Origin: Phallusia mammillata
Taxonomy: Eukaryota
Assembly (NCBI GenBank): GCA_965637545.1
Contig: OZ281496.1
Coordinates: 13,578,001-13,642,000, forward strand
DNA: 64,000 nucleotides
Direction: 5' to 3'
In this document: positions 61,468 through 64,000 of the stretch, in pieces
Layout of the letters: every line of letters begins with the position of its first letter
Position numbering within the stretch: the first letter of the stretch is position 1
Notes under the pieces: generated by a model
The model's database searches: none
Told to the model about the DNA's origin: nothing
The model's input: the letters and a program-made list of their open reading frames with translations, nothing else
Program-made: the position numbers and the translations under genes

Positions 61468-63834
61468 AAGCCTGTTTACATGCACAAATTTACCCTCAAA
61501 TTTATTCCCTTTTTGACGACACCGTTTGTGTAAAAATTTACTCTCTAAACGCATCATTTCACATGACCTTAAATTTACCCTCTGTTTTTCGGTTCACTGA
61601 GTCCAGCTGTAACAGTTTGTGTTTTTATGCGAAGAGTTGTTTTATGAACAAAGACGGATTTACGTGAAAAAATACTCATTATAGCGATTTTTTACTGCTT
61701 GGAATTTCAATTAAAGATCATGTAGCTAAGTTTAAAGTTTTATATCTGTTGCCGACGAAGAAAGAAATGTCTGGTGTTAATTAACAGGCATGTAGCACTA
61801 TATACAATCTTGTTTTGCACAAGGAGTATAAAATAAGCAACATAATTTCCATGTTAATGAACATTTGTTTTTATCAGATGAAAGCAGTGTCAAAAAAGCT
61901 ATGCCTACAGACAAAAGGTGTGCCACAGCCATATATAAATTGGCATCTGCCTCAAAGTTACGTACAGTTGGTAATTTGTTCGGGGTCAGTTCGGCAACTG
62001 TTCACAAATACAAACCATAAATGTAAAATGGTTAAAATTAAATACACTTTTGCAACTTAACTTTGTTTCTTTTTCCAAGATTTTGTCTACTTATGTGCTC
62101 GATACTAACAAAATTTATTAAACTACCGGACAAATCAGAAGCAATTAAAATTGCAAAAAGAAAAAAAAAACAAGCATCACTTTTCCCCAGATATTTTGTG
62201 GTTTTAAATTTGTTGACTTTTCTTAAAGCATTAAAGAATTTAGGTATTTGGTTGCATCGATGGCAGTCGTATTGCTGTAACACCACCAAGAATTATTATA
62301 CTAACCTAAAAGGGTGGGATTCCCTCGTGCTACAAGGAGTGGCGGATGACCAGTTGTAGTAAGATCATTGTATGATAAAAACATTCCAGCAGTTTATGTT
62401 AAAAACTTATGATCTCAAGTTTTGTCTGGTGAATTTTCTAGCTTTCGTGATGTCAACATTAAGAAGCCAGGAAGCTGTCATGATGCAACAGTGTTTAAAA
62501 ATTCTCCACTCTTCCAAAACTCGGACAGGCTTCCTAAAGTTAGTTTTTACAGCCTGCTTTATAGCAGAAGTCAAATATATGTTACTTAGGCACCATCACA
62601 AATAGAAGGTGTTGAAGTACCGTTGATGCTTCTCGGTGACCCAGCCTATCCACTTTTGCCATGGCTGTACAAACCCTTCACAGGATGTAATTTGCGCGAA
62701 GAAAAATAAATCTTTTAATTTTTATTTAAGTTCCGTAAGAATAATGGTAGAAGTTGCATTTGGCAGACTAAAAGCTCGCTGGAGAATTTTAGGAAAAAAA
62801 TAATAATTCTGGAATAGATTTAGCCCCAAGTATAATTGCCACTTGTTGTGCCCTGTTGTGGAAGAAAGCGTACTTGTAGCTGAGGAATTGGTTGCTAACA
62901 ACGCTGCAACATCTAGCGAAGGTGCACTATGTCGTCAAGCACTTTTAAATTATTGTTCAAACAACTTGCCTTTACGTCGTTCAAGTTTTGCCAAATAATT
63001 TACATTAGCCTACTTTTAGTTAATTATTTTAATTTTCTTGTTGTTTCGACTGTTGCTTTTTGCACAGTTAATTGCTTGTTACTAATATGCTTTATAGTTT
63101 TTGTTTAACCTTTGTGATTTTCCTATTTATCCAACTTTGTCATTTTTATTTATTTAACTTTACTGTTACATCTTTTTTAAGTTGCAAGAACGTATGTGTT
63201 TATTAAAATAAACAATTAACAAAAAACTTTAAAACCAGTAAATGTAGCAAACCAGTTTTTTTTTTTTACTTTTTATTATAGCATAATTTTCGACTTAGAT
63301 CCTGAAACGCAAATATAGCAAGGCAATTCCTGCAGTTAGAAGGCTACGCTTCGTTGTCACCGAAGTAGTAAATTTCTCACCACACCAAAAACCCCGACGA
63401 AAGTACTAAACTTTGCTCTTTACAGTCTAGCTGGATTTTTTTAAATTTTGCTTTAAAACCACATGTTTTTCGACTCTCATAAGCATTTCGTGTGTACAGC
63501 GTATCAGGCGACCTACTACTTTGTTTACAACGATACGGGTGAGTAGTTTGAAAAATAAACATTGCATTAGTGTATTTGTTACGTCATAGTGACTAGAAAC
63601 GATTAGTGTTACATGTTTTTTTCAATTTCAATGTAAGGTATCAATCCGCACGAATACTTTGTTCTTCCCTCGTTACCTTCAGAAATTGTTTCGTTCTTCC
63701 CCATTTTTTCAAAATTTACCCACCAAATTTACTAAAATTTAGTAATTTACTCCAGTTGCTTTTTTTCTTTTTCTGATAAATCGGGGTAAATTTACGTCAT
63801 TTACCCGGGTAAATTTGTGCATGTAAACAGGCTT
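61468..63834 (+). mobile_element. Harbinger family D, both ends present, transposase decayed
   Basis: 28-bp TIR AAGCCTGTTTACATGCACAAATTTACCC; KRCATAIYKLAS...LFGVS, KGWDSLVLQGVAD, LGDPAYPLLPWL and VEVAFGRLKARWRIL fragments. Confidence 0.88.
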
Positions 63835-64000
63835 AGTGTGTTTGGTTGGACATTGTAGTAGTTTTTTAAGACCAAGAGTTGTTGGTTTCGGGCTACAGGT
63901 GTTAAAATTTTAACAGGTTGTCTTCAACAAACATACCGGTAGTTAAAAGTATATGTCGTGTATACAAATAACAAGATAAAAAGCTTGTGTATTAGCACTT

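Overview
AT-rich eukaryotic DNA with short GT-AG introns, almost entirely a nested transposon graveyard. The host is very probably an ascidian, because an exact Ciona-type 16-nt spliced leader (SL) is present. Contents: one full-length, decayed CR1/L2-group LINE whose 5' end is exactly the SL; one apparently intact, spliced, two-gene PIF/Harbinger element (MADF-BESS gene plus DDE transposase, perfect TIRs, TTA TSD); remnants of about six further Harbinger-type families; several hAT families (SPIN/GTF2IRD2-like, Charlie/ZBED5-like, ZMYM1-like, BED/ZBED4-like, Blackjack-type ends) and their MITEs; Penelope-like elements with minimal hammerhead-ribozyme motifs; a deleted Gypsy with a tRNA-Trp PBS; a decayed Ulp1/C48 protease; and one C2H2 zinc-finger exon. 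The top candidate for an undescribed system is a LINE propagated through SL trans-spliced RNA. All protein-family calls come from motif recognition by eye, not database searches.
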